Source: Verrucomicrobiota bacterium (GTDB lineage Bacteria; Verrucomicrobiota; Verrucomicrobiia; Limisphaerales; CANJXF01). Taken from it: DNA of 64,000 nucleotides. Of the stretch, positions 21,424-30,401 are shown piece by piece. The translations under genes and the position numbers were made by a program. A model generated the notes under the pieces. That model made no database searches, had not been told where the DNA came from, and saw only the letters and a list, made by a program, of their open reading frames with translations. The stretch is from positions 14,871 to 78,870 of the forward strand of contig JBBQRQ010000009.1 of the NCBI GenBank assembly GCA_038214755.1, read 5' to 3'. The stretch's first letter is position 1. Every line of letters begins with the position of its first letter.

Positions 21424-22221
21424 ATGATTCAACCACCGTTTCAAAACAGACTACTTGCTTTGGTGGTGAGCGGCTTATTGCTGGCCACCACTGTAGAAGC
21501 GCAAACTTCAACGAACCGTTTTGCTTTTGAAGAGTTTTTGCTGGTGCCGGTGCGTGTTCATTTGCTCGCGGCCAAAGATTCGCCGGCCATTCAGACAACG
21601 CTCACGGAAACGGACATCACTCGCATTTGGAAAAAAGTAAACGGCGTGTGGTCGCAGGCTGGCTTGCATTTTTATATCGAATCGCTGGTGAAGGAGGAAG
21701 CAGACCATCAGAAAACCGACCCGCAGCCTGGCCCTCAAGTTGATGGCAAAGCGTTGCTCGGATTGCGACTTGGGCAATCTCAGGCCGACAAGATGTTTCA
21801 CGTTTATTATGTGAAGGAGATGTCGGTGAACGGCATTTATTTTCCTCAAGCCATTTTTGTGAAGGACACTGCTTCGCTTCGTCAGGTCGAGGGCGGAATC
21901 GACGAACCGATACCGCGCGTAACCTCGCACGAGCTAGGCCACGCCTTCACGCTTCCGCACCGCCAACATACTACGAACCTCATGGCGTCCGGAACCACTG
22001 GCACTCGTCTCAATGAAGAAGAAATCTCTCAGGCGCGCAACGCAGCCAAGTCGTTGAAATGGATTGTGGCCGCACCGGACATGATGAAGCAGGCCGATGC
22101 ACAGTTCCGCGCCAAAAAAATGGACGAAGCGGCAACATTGTATTCAAGGCTGGCGACGATTCCATTGAACACTGACCCGGTAGAATTGGCCAGGAAGCGA
22201 GCGGGAAATCCCATTCAGTGA
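21424..22221 (+). CDS. Exported metzincin-type zinc metalloprotease
   Basis: HELGHAFTLPH (HExxHxxxxxH) followed by an NLM Met-turn; signal peptide. Confidence 0.8.
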   Translation: MIQPPFQNRLLALVVSGLLLATTVEAQTSTNRFAFEEFLLVPVRVHLLAAKDSPAIQTTLTETDITRIWKKVNGVWSQAGLHFYIESLVKEEADHQKTDPQPGPQVDGKALLGLRLGQSQADKMFHVYYVKEMSVNGIYFPQAIFVKDTASLRQVEGGIDEPIPRVTSHELGHAFTLPHRQHTTNLMASGTTGTRLNEEEISQARNAAKSLKWIVAAPDMMKQADAQFRAKKMDEAATLYSRLATIPLNTDPVELARKRAGNPIQ

Positions 22222-22286
22222 GCCTGGGAATCCAGGGTTGAGGATCAACCGGTATGATTTAAACTGGCGGTCACAACCGTTGCCTG

Positions 22287-22394
22287 GAAAGCGGCGGAGG
22301 GCCGCCGCACTCCAAGATGCTCGCGCGAATTTCAAGGTCAAGGGTGCATGAACGGCGCGAAGCGTCTTGGAGTGCGCCCGTCCTCTGGCGCTTT
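22287..22394. repeat. Inverted pair of REP-like elements between convergent genes
   Basis: AAAGCGGCGGAGGGCCGCCGCACTCCAAGATGC ... GCGTCTTGGAGTGCGCCCGTCCTCTGGCGCTTT; the GCACTCCAAGA and TCTTGGAGTGC arms are complementary. Confidence 0.75.
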
Positions 22395-22456
22395 TGTTTG
22401 ACCGCCAGTTTAAATTCCACCCAGGTTCAACTGCACTTGTGCTGTAGCACCTTCAA

Positions 22457-23443
22457 TCACGGTTCAAGCGGCTCGGCTTTTTTGCGGCGTTCTTTTAACT
22501 CTTTCCACGTGGTCAAAATGATTCCCCGTTCCTGAATCAGTTTCTTCACCGCTGGATCGGTCAACGCTTTCGCATCGGCCCGGCGGGATTCGCTTGAGTT
22601 GGTAATGAGCGGAAAATCTTCCGTTGGAATGGAGGCGTGAAAAAGAATTTCCGTTACGCCCGGTTTTAATTCTTTAAGCAAGGCGATGAACTTTTTCGTT
22701 TTCTCCTCTGGCTTCCAACCGTAGGAAGCCGTGTGGAGATCGTCGATGACCGGCAGACCCGCGTTCCAAATTTTAGGAATCCAAGGGCGCAGTTTGCCGG
22801 CTGCTTCGGGATTTTCTTTCAATGCGTAAGTGGCATGACCGCCAATAGCGAGAATTGGAATTCCTTTCTCTATCCCGACTTTGGCGAACCGCTCGAAATA
22901 ATCGGGCCGGGCAAAAAGCGTTCCCATGTGTGAATCCAGATGGGTGATGGGCAGGCCGAGAATTTCGGCTCGCTCAACCTGTGCGCGGATTTCCACTTCG
23001 ATTTCATCGGGCGTGGCGTGGGTGGCGACTTTCACCACGCTTTGCCAGAGACAACCTTCTTCGTCCACCAGGCCGGGGACTTTCGGTTTGCCAGCCAGCG
23101 GCGGCCAGCGATAGAGGCTCCATTCCGACGTCAGCGTCAGATGCAGGCCGCTGTCCACCTCTGGATGTTGCTTCAAATATTTGGCGATCTCCGGCACCCA
23201 CGGGCACGGCATCATGACACTCCAGGAAGTCGCCACCCCTTTTTCCACCGTGTCGATGGCGCCCAGATTGGAGGAATGAGACATGCCGACGTCGTCCACG
23301 TGAAGGATGATGACCACGTCATTTGGTTTCCAACCCAGACGCTCGGCGAAAGTTTTTTCCGCGTGAGAATTGTTTGGCAGGAGCATAAGGGCTGTCGCGA
23401 AAATTAAAGCGGGTAAGCACGTTTTGGTTGAAGGGAAATGCAT
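22457..23443 (-). CDS. YdjC/ChbG family polysaccharide deacetylase, exported
   Basis: ILHVDDVG, GLHLTL and THLDSHM motifs; signal peptide. Confidence 0.9.
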   Translation of the reverse strand: MHFPSTKTCLPALIFATALMLLPNNSHAEKTFAERLGWKPNDVVIILHVDDVGMSHSSNLGAIDTVEKGVATSWSVMMPCPWVPEIAKYLKQHPEVDSGLHLTLTSEWSLYRWPPLAGKPKVPGLVDEEGCLWQSVVKVATHATPDEIEVEIRAQVERAEILGLPITHLDSHMGTLFARPDYFERFAKVGIEKGIPILAIGGHATYALKENPEAAGKLRPWIPKIWNAGLPVIDDLHTASYGWKPEEKTKKFIALLKELKPGVTEILFHASIPTEDFPLITNSSESRRADAKALTDPAVKKLIQERGIILTTWKELKERRKKAEPLEP

Positions 23444-23616
23444 GACTGACTATTCACAAAATCGATGGGCACGAAAGGAAAAAGAAATTCTGTTAAGCGG
23501 TGATTCTGGATTTTAGCTGTTGTCAGCCACGGTGAGTCCTAAAAAAAGCAGTTGCGTTTTTTTTTAAGATTGGTCAAAGTCGGCTAACGTTTCACCAATC
23601 CACTAACAGCATCACT

Positions 23617-25722
23617 ATGAAAAGAATTATCGTCCTTTCTCTATTAACCCTCACCACCTTCATCGGTGTCGCCCGTGCGGCCACCGTGACAGTATTAATC
23701 GCTGACGATGGAGTCAATCTGATCGGGGCACCGGGCAGCTTTTATTGGGCTATCACGAATGCCGGCCCCGGAGATACCATCGCCTTTAATATCCCAGGTC
23801 CGGGACCGCATTATCTCAAAGTTCCGCCCAACGGTTTCCCGCTTGTTTACCAAAAAAACAATTTGCTCATTGACGGCTATTCGCAGCCGGGGTCTTCGCG
23901 CAACACCAACGCGATAACTTCTTCCAACAACGCCGTGATTAAAATCGTGATTGACGGGCGCAATGGCAATTCGCGCGACATGGCCTATGAGGCTTATGAT
24001 GGAACCCTGGCCACCAGTGTTCCGGCCATCGACAACACAAGTATGGCTTTGGAAAGAAGCGGTTATGGCCATGATGAGTTAGCTCTCTTGGGAATTTATC
24101 GCTCGAGTGGTGTTACTGTCAGGGGCATTGCTTTTCTGGGGACGCTCACTCCTGTGAATTCTGGCGTGGTCAAGGGCATCTGTCTTGCGCATGACTACGG
24201 ATTAGTCACCAACGTTCTTGATCGATTCTCCTATACGGCTGGGAGCGACGCCAATTTCCATGCCAACGGTTGTTGGTTTGGAGTAGATCCGGCTAACCCG
24301 ACGATCGCGGGAGTCGCTCAATCCGGCTTCGCGATTTCTGCATACCGTCATCGCGCCGCCAGTGGAGATCCCCGTCCGGAGCTTCCCAACATTGGATTGA
24401 CGGTCGGCGCAAAAGCAGCGTCCACCAATGCGCGGGCTGAGTTCAATGTATTTGTCGGGCTTGCCTACGCTTTTGATTGCGAAGGCATTCGCGGACGGGT
24501 GTCGGGAAACTTTTTTGGTGTGATGCCCGATGGTGTGACTCCCTACAACACCACCGAGTTGCAACCGGCGGCATTTGCCGGGGGCCAGTTCGAGTTCGGG
24601 CGCTATGACGACACGGTGGCAATCGTTATTGGAACAGACGGTGACAGTTTCAATGACGCCGACGAAGGCAACATTTTTGGGCCCCTGGCTCCCATTAGCG
24701 GAAGCATGCAGTCACAGTTTGACTTTTTTAACAGCGGCAGAAAGCCGTGGATCATTGCGGGTAATCGGTTTGGCATTGCGGGGAACGGCACCATCTGGAC
24801 GAACAACGCCTTCTACATTGGCAGCTTCCGGCTCGATCAAGGATCCCAGGTTCGCTTTGGTTCCGATTTTAACGGCGTGAGCGACGCATTGGAGGCCAAC
24901 GTGGTTTATAACAATAACACGTTCACAAACCTGTATCCCGATCCCACGATGGGCATCGCCCGCTCTTTGTTCGCGGTCCTGAATAACACTGCGGCGACAG
25001 ATGGGTGGCTCAGTGTGCGCGGAAACAAGTTCGTGAACAACTTTCCGCTCTATAACCCCGACGAAGATGCCACAAGGTACTTTAATAGCTGGAGCAATTA
25101 TACCGCCGGCGCTACTCAGACCGTACCCACCTTGTTGACCAATAGCACAAGGACGAACCTGATTGGCACTTGCGGCCTTCCGACAAATAACTACACGAAT
25201 CTGGTGATTGACGTGTATCTCCCTGATCCGGAGGGACAGGTTAATGGCGCCCTGATGGATTACCCATTCTTCGGCGGCACGAACGGCCCCGGCTTCGTCC
25301 AGGGCAAGACCTACTTGGGAAATTTCCTCGACAACGGACCGCAGGATTCCAATCCCGCCGTCGGTGCGTTCTCGCTGAATATCAGCAGCCTCGGTCTTAC
25401 CAACGGCACCAAAGTGACAGTGGCCGTGACTTACAGCCGGTTTGCTCATCCAAAGCTGGCCGCTCCAATTGTAGGCGGTGGCACCGTGACACTTTCATGG
25501 ACAGGCGATAACGGCGGGCCATTTAACGTGGCGGGCGCAGGAGGCCCGAGTTCTGGATTTGGTGTTCAAAGCGCAACCAGCATAACCGGGCCGTGGACTA
25601 CGAAGTTCGTTCCAGGGAACTTGACGTTCTACTCCGCCGGTTCACCAGCCGCGTTCTATCGGGTGGTGGCGCCGCTCTCCGGGATGACGACGCTCTGCGC
25701 TGCGCCTGTGGTTCTCCAGTAA
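23617..25722 (+). CDS. Exported hypothetical beta-helix-like protein with FYR domain near the C-terminus
   Basis: Signal peptide; GSF.WAI...GDTIAFNIPG and IDGYSQPG motifs; TLSW...VQSATSITGPW...AFYRVV. Confidence 0.75.
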   Translation: MKRIIVLSLLTLTTFIGVARAATVTVLIADDGVNLIGAPGSFYWAITNAGPGDTIAFNIPGPGPHYLKVPPNGFPLVYQKNNLLIDGYSQPGSSRNTNAITSSNNAVIKIVIDGRNGNSRDMAYEAYDGTLATSVPAIDNTSMALERSGYGHDELALLGIYRSSGVTVRGIAFLGTLTPVNSGVVKGICLAHDYGLVTNVLDRFSYTAGSDANFHANGCWFGVDPANPTIAGVAQSGFAISAYRHRAASGDPRPELPNIGLTVGAKAASTNARAEFNVFVGLAYAFDCEGIRGRVSGNFFGVMPDGVTPYNTTELQPAAFAGGQFEFGRYDDTVAIVIGTDGDSFNDADEGNIFGPLAPISGSMQSQFDFFNSGRKPWIIAGNRFGIAGNGTIWTNNAFYIGSFRLDQGSQVRFGSDFNGVSDALEANVVYNNNTFTNLYPDPTMGIARSLFAVLNNTAATDGWLSVRGNKFVNNFPLYNPDEDATRYFNSWSNYTAGATQTVPTLLTNSTRTNLIGTCGLPTNNYTNLVIDVYLPDPEGQVNGALMDYPFFGGTNGPGFVQGKTYLGNFLDNGPQDSNPAVGAFSLNISSLGLTNGTKVTVAVTYSRFAHPKLAAPIVGGGTVTLSWTGDNGGPFNVAGAGGPSSGFGVQSATSITGPWTTKFVPGNLTFYSAGSPAAFYRVVAPLSGMTTLCAAPVVLQ

Positions 25723-25743
25723 GGGGAAATTCTGAATCGCAAC

Positions 25744-25779
25744 AGGCAGGGCCCGCCGCAAGGCGGCCTTGCCTTTTTT
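25744..25779 (+). terminator. Intrinsic terminator
   Basis: AGGCAGGGCCCGCC-GCAA-GGCGGCCTTGCCT hairpin followed by a T run, just after the 23617..25722 stop. Confidence 0.75.
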
Positions 25780-25821
25780 AGCGGTGCATTTATTTTAGCG
25801 CGAGCTAAAAAACTCTACGCC

Positions 25822-26580
25822 ATGAAAACACGAGAGCGGAAAAGATCAGGTTTTACCTTGATCGAGTTATTGGTCGTCATCGCAATTATCGCGATCCTCG
25901 CAGGGTTGCTCTTGCCCGCCTTGGCTAAAGCCAAAGACAAGGCGCAGAAAACAAAGTGCCTCAGCAATATCAAACAACTTCAGCTTTGTTGGATCATGTA
26001 TGCCGACGACAATCTCGACTTTATCCCGCCGAACAATGTAAACGGTTACTTTGGTGGGCCGCCCGGCACCGAGGCGTGGATTTACGGCAACGTGCAAACC
26101 GACATCGATACCAAGAATATCCGAGAGGGAGTCCTCTTTAGATACAACACCTCTACTGCGATCTACGTATGCCCCACCGACCCTTGGGTGATACGCCGCA
26201 ACGGGAATGTTTACCCCACGACGAGAAGTTTTTCCATGGTCAGTGCTATGGGCGGGACAGGTATAAAGGTGTTAGCTATCCGGGATCCCAAACCGTCCAA
26301 GGCTCTAGTGTTTGTGGAGGAACAGGAGAACCTCGTTGGAACTCCGAGCAATTTTATTAACGATGGAAACATTGGATTGCGCGAGTATCCGTCAACTGAT
26401 TGGGGCGATTTGCCCGCGCAACGTCACACCGGAGCGACCGTTTCCATGGTGGATGGTCACGCGGAATTTTTGAAATGGAGATCTAAAATTCTTTTACAAC
26501 GTGGACGCCCAGCAACCGCCGCCGAGAAACCCGACCTGCTAAAACTACAACGGGGTCTTCCGGGTTTCCCGAATCAATAG
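25822..26580 (+). CDS. Prepilin-type N-terminal cleavage/methylation protein with H-X9-DG motif (DUF1559-like)
   Basis: GFTLIELLVVIAIIAILAGLLLPALAKAK; C.SN.KQ; RH...SMVDGHAE. Confidence 0.92.
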   Translation: MKTRERKRSGFTLIELLVVIAIIAILAGLLLPALAKAKDKAQKTKCLSNIKQLQLCWIMYADDNLDFIPPNNVNGYFGGPPGTEAWIYGNVQTDIDTKNIREGVLFRYNTSTAIYVCPTDPWVIRRNGNVYPTTRSFSMVSAMGGTGIKVLAIRDPKPSKALVFVEEQENLVGTPSNFINDGNIGLREYPSTDWGDLPAQRHTGATVSMVDGHAEFLKWRSKILLQRGRPATAAEKPDLLKLQRGLPGFPNQ

Positions 26581-26719
26581 TTCACCAGTGATCAGGTCGG
26601 CGTGATGACCCTTCGTGGCGCGGGCGTCATCACTCTGCGATTTAGTATTCCAAAAAGAATTCCCGCGATCTGGTTCGCGGAACTGGGGTAGTATCCGTAA
26701 GGTGGTGGCGGCTTCTCAC

Positions 26720-29700
26720 TCAAGGTGATCCTCTGGCTCGGTAAAAACGTTGGTCGAGTCGCGGGATGGGATCAACGAAGTCGATAGTCCCGCCGCGACT
26801 GGAAAGGTTGGTCAAGGTTTGCCAATCGAATAAATTGGTGGACACTTCGATGGAGTAGGGGAGGTCGCTCTCGCCGCTCAACGTGAAATGAAACCGGCCA
26901 TCGGATAAAACGGAAATGGAACTTAACCGCGTCAAGGGCAGGATGGTTAAGGCTGCTATGTCGCTGATGATTGAACCTGCCGGATTCGAGATAACTACAG
27001 TGTAACCTCCGATATCAGCCGTTTGAACATTGGTTCGTGCATAGGAGCTATTAGTCGCTCCTGCGATATTGGCCTCGTTGAACTGCCATTGGTAAGTCAA
27101 CTGTCCACTGCCCGCCGCTAGCACAGTGAAGGTAGCATTGGAACTGGCTCTGACGTTTTGAAGCTGCGGTTGGCTATAAATGATCGGAGCGGTGCTATAG
27201 CTGAAACGCATCGCATCGGCCACGACAAGCTTGTTGATCTCCCCTGTGTTATTTTCTATTTCGACATAGCCGTTGGTCCCCCCGGCGAATTCTCGCGTCG
27301 TTAACAAACGCCAACCCCCACCTCCGGTAGTCTGGTTGATATGAGTCACGAGACTATCACCATTGAATACGATCAAAAGACGGGTGTTAGAGCTACGATT
27401 AGTGCCTTGAGGGTACGAGATGGAAATGTCATACATCCCGGCCAGCGGAATTGCCGGGGTATAAGTCGAGGAAGCGGTTGCACTTCCAATAACGGTGGAG
27501 GCGTACTGATAATAGCTCCCATATTTATCCGGCGCAGCGGTCGCTGTAGTCCAGACCCCATCGAACCGGGCGTCTGGGTTATCCAAGATGATATCTGCGA
27601 CGCTGATGAAATTGGCGAAAAGGGTTTTACTTCGCGTCATAGTAACATCAATCTGATTGCTGGTAGTCACTACGTCGCCAGACCATCCTACAAAAGAAAA
27701 GCCCGCCGATGCCGTAGCGTTTAATGAGACCATACTACCAGCGTCGTAGCCGGATTGGTCGGGAGTCACCGTGATAGTTCCTCCGGTCGGTGGATTGACA
27801 TAAGAGCGGAGATAGAGGTTGACTACGAGGAGTGCCGCGTCGCTGGAAACGGACCCTATCGGATTACTCAACACGACCGAATGCTCTCCCGCATCGTTCG
27901 TGGTGACATTGGTCAACGTATAAGTGCTATTGGTGGCATCCGATATGTCCGCACCTCGGAACCGCCACTGATAGGTTATAGGTGTGCTGCTGCTCGCGGT
28001 AACAGTGAAGGTTACGGACTGACTTTCCACCACCGTTTGACCGATAGGTTGTTGAGTAATGGAAGGAGGCGCAGGTGTGCCGGTCACCAGGATTAACCTC
28101 GGACCAGTGTTTGCATTTGCTTCCCCGGAAACAATGCTAAGACTATCCGCGTCTTGGGTGTCTCCTTGAAATCGAACTTCGCGCGCCAATAAAAAAGAAA
28201 CATCGCTACCCGGATGTTCACGAAGGAACCTCGTCACATCAATCATCCTGTCTTGCGAAGTAGCATCGGCCACAAATTGCCCGACGATCTGCGCGCCGGT
28301 CCCTTGTTCCGAAATAAAATTGTTCGTATAGTTGGTGCCCGGCGGGATGTTCTGTTTTAAGTTCGGCGCGTTACTCCAGGTAAGGCTATTCTGTGACCAG
28401 TTGTTATTCGTGATGCCATAAACGTGTGCTTGCACCAGGTTACTTCCATTGATCGATGATGCGCGGATAGTCAGCAGCGCGAACTGCAGGTCGGCTAAGT
28501 TAAAGGTGGGCAAATGAAATTTAAGAAAGGTCGCGCTACGACTGCTGGCATTGGTGGAATTATTCCTCACGAGGCAAACCGGATTAGTCGCGAAGTTCAA
28601 AGTTCGGTTCGCGCCGTCGTGAACCATCGCGTCATCGGTAGCGAGCAAAGTTCGCAACGGTTGTTGCGGTTGGGTAGGAATGGTGAAAAGCCAAACCGTA
28701 TTTGATGCGTGAATGCCGGCGTTAATCTGGTTGTTAGCTACCGTGAGGAGCGCCCTTGCGCCGCCATAAATATTTTCGCTGACCTCTTCCAGCAAGACCC
28801 GCTGACCCGTTCGCAAACCCCAGGAGGTTGTATCCAACGTTACGTCCACATTGGACGAGGAATTGTTGGCCGAAAAAACTTGATAGCGTTTCGTCGCAGG
28901 ATCAAAGGTCGAAACTAGATCCAATCCCGTCGCTCCAGTTCCTTTCGTTACATCCACACGATCGCGACCCGGTGCAGTGACTTTGTTAAATAAACGGTAA
29001 ACCTCTCCTGCCTTGGTGATACCTCCTATATTGTAAGGCGCGTTGAAATTATCCACAAAGTGCATCCCATTCTTTTTAACTGGAGTGGAAGTCTGGCTGA
29101 ATTTGAAACAATAAAGTTCGTTGACAAAATTGTTCACCAGGTTTGCGACAATGGAGCCGAAGCGCGCGTACTTCGATGGGGTATCCAATGTTTCGATCAA
29201 GGTATCGAAGACGCCCGCAGTATGAACATTAAACTCTGATAGACTCGAAGGATAGCGTGGTTCCGGTGACATATCGGCAGTCAGAGACGCGTGCAACCCT
29301 GCCACTCGACTACCAAAGGTGGACGGCACGGAATTGTATTCGTGATAATCGTATTGGCCGATGAGTGAAAAATTCGTATCGACCTGACCCAGAAAATCCT
29401 TGTGACGATTGGTTACGATGAGACGACCCCAGGTCGCATAGGTTGTCGAAACAGCGCCTGCCGTAACCGGAGCCAGCATTCGCGCCTTCAATGACTTGCC
29501 ATAGAGTTGATTCACGTCGGCCAATGCGGATTGAACAGCATCAGAGGCGAGTTGAAGACGCATCAGGTAATCGGCTTGCGGCAAAGTGCCACCGAGGTCG
29601 GGTTCGTTATACATCTGGAAACGCTCCACGTCGTATTCGCGTCCCAGGTAAAACGCTTCAAAATAAAAATGCTGCCATAACTCCCACTTGCCCGCCCAGT

Positions 29701-30202
29701 CATTGGTATCGATAATGTCGAACTGGCCGGGACTGGCGGTGATGTTGATCAGGATTTGCACACCCAGCCCGCGCAGCTTGGTGCAAGCATGATCCACGTT
29801 CAACAGGTTCGACCCATGCAGGGCGGTGACTCCAAATTGCGGGATAAGGTAAGGCCAGTTGATGTAATTCGTGTCGAGTGGATTGATGCGCAGCGCCGCT
29901 TTGCGACTGACAAAGCTGGCTTGGTTAGTCACACCATCGCCCCGGGCAGGCAAATCGTCGTTGGGTTCAATCACACTCGCCGTAAGGAACACACGCGCGC
30001 CGCCAACTCCCGCATAGTGCCACCAATCCTCCGTGTTGCTGAGTGGAGCAAAATGGCCTGAATTGTAGGCGATCAATTCGGGTGTGGCACCCAGCTTGTT
30101 AATGCTGACGGTCAGAGTTGCCGCGGGCAAAGTGGTCGTGAAAAATAAAAACGCCCAAAATAAGACGACGATTCGCCGAGGTAGATAGAATATGGAATGC
30201 AT
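26720..30202 (-). CDS. Modular exported glycoside-hydrolase-like protein (clan GH-A/GH39-like barrel, DNRLRE/CBM96-like, Ig, InlB-B-like repeat, golvesin-C-like, Ig, FYR domain)
   Basis: YNEPD acid/base-type motif and LSEF; ATDDAMV..TFLKF..TWSNAP; two QP...YQW Ig domains; F.GWSGD repeat; GMYDI...HINQ...GGW...VVADA; ends QRFYRARGSP. Confidence 0.75.
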   Translation of the reverse strand: MHSIFYLPRRIVVLFWAFLFFTTTLPAATLTVSINKLGATPELIAYNSGHFAPLSNTEDWWHYAGVGGARVFLTASVIEPNDDLPARGDGVTNQASFVSRKAALRINPLDTNYINWPYLIPQFGVTALHGSNLLNVDHACTKLRGLGVQILINITASPGQFDIIDTNDWAGKWELWQHFYFEAFYLGREYDVERFQMYNEPDLGGTLPQADYLMRLQLASDAVQSALADVNQLYGKSLKARMLAPVTAGAVSTTYATWGRLIVTNRHKDFLGQVDTNFSLIGQYDYHEYNSVPSTFGSRVAGLHASLTADMSPEPRYPSSLSEFNVHTAGVFDTLIETLDTPSKYARFGSIVANLVNNFVNELYCFKFSQTSTPVKKNGMHFVDNFNAPYNIGGITKAGEVYRLFNKVTAPGRDRVDVTKGTGATGLDLVSTFDPATKRYQVFSANNSSSNVDVTLDTTSWGLRTGQRVLLEEVSENIYGGARALLTVANNQINAGIHASNTVWLFTIPTQPQQPLRTLLATDDAMVHDGANRTLNFATNPVCLVRNNSTNASSRSATFLKFHLPTFNLADLQFALLTIRASSINGSNLVQAHVYGITNNNWSQNSLTWSNAPNLKQNIPPGTNYTNNFISEQGTGAQIVGQFVADATSQDRMIDVTRFLREHPGSDVSFLLAREVRFQGDTQDADSLSIVSGEANANTGPRLILVTGTPAPPSITQQPIGQTVVESQSVTFTVTASSSTPITYQWRFRGADISDATNSTYTLTNVTTNDAGEHSVVLSNPIGSVSSDAALLVVNLYLRSYVNPPTGGTITVTPDQSGYDAGSMVSLNATASAGFSFVGWSGDVVTTSNQIDVTMTRSKTLFANFISVADIILDNPDARFDGVWTTATAAPDKYGSYYQYASTVIGSATASSTYTPAIPLAGMYDISISYPQGTNRSSNTRLLIVFNGDSLVTHINQTTGGGGWRLLTTREFAGGTNGYVEIENNTGEINKLVVADAMRFSYSTAPIIYSQPQLQNVRASSNATFTVLAAGSGQLTYQWQFNEANIAGATNSSYARTNVQTADIGGYTVVISNPAGSIISDIAALTILPLTRLSSISVLSDGRFHFTLSGESDLPYSIEVSTNLFDWQTLTNLSSRGGTIDFVDPIPRLDQRFYRARGSP

Positions 30203-30401
30203 TTTGGTTGACTGTGCCAGCGACCCGGACGAACGACAAATTTATTTTCTGGAAGGGACAAGGGGGCATTTTCGCTCCCGGCGCGGCGCAGGCGGCTCGG
30301 TAACAAAAAACCGCAGTTGCGAAGATTAAGGCGCTTCCAATGCCGATGTGAGGTAAGAAAACTACAGTTAACGAATAAAAGCAGGATAGCGTATCGCCCC
30401 A

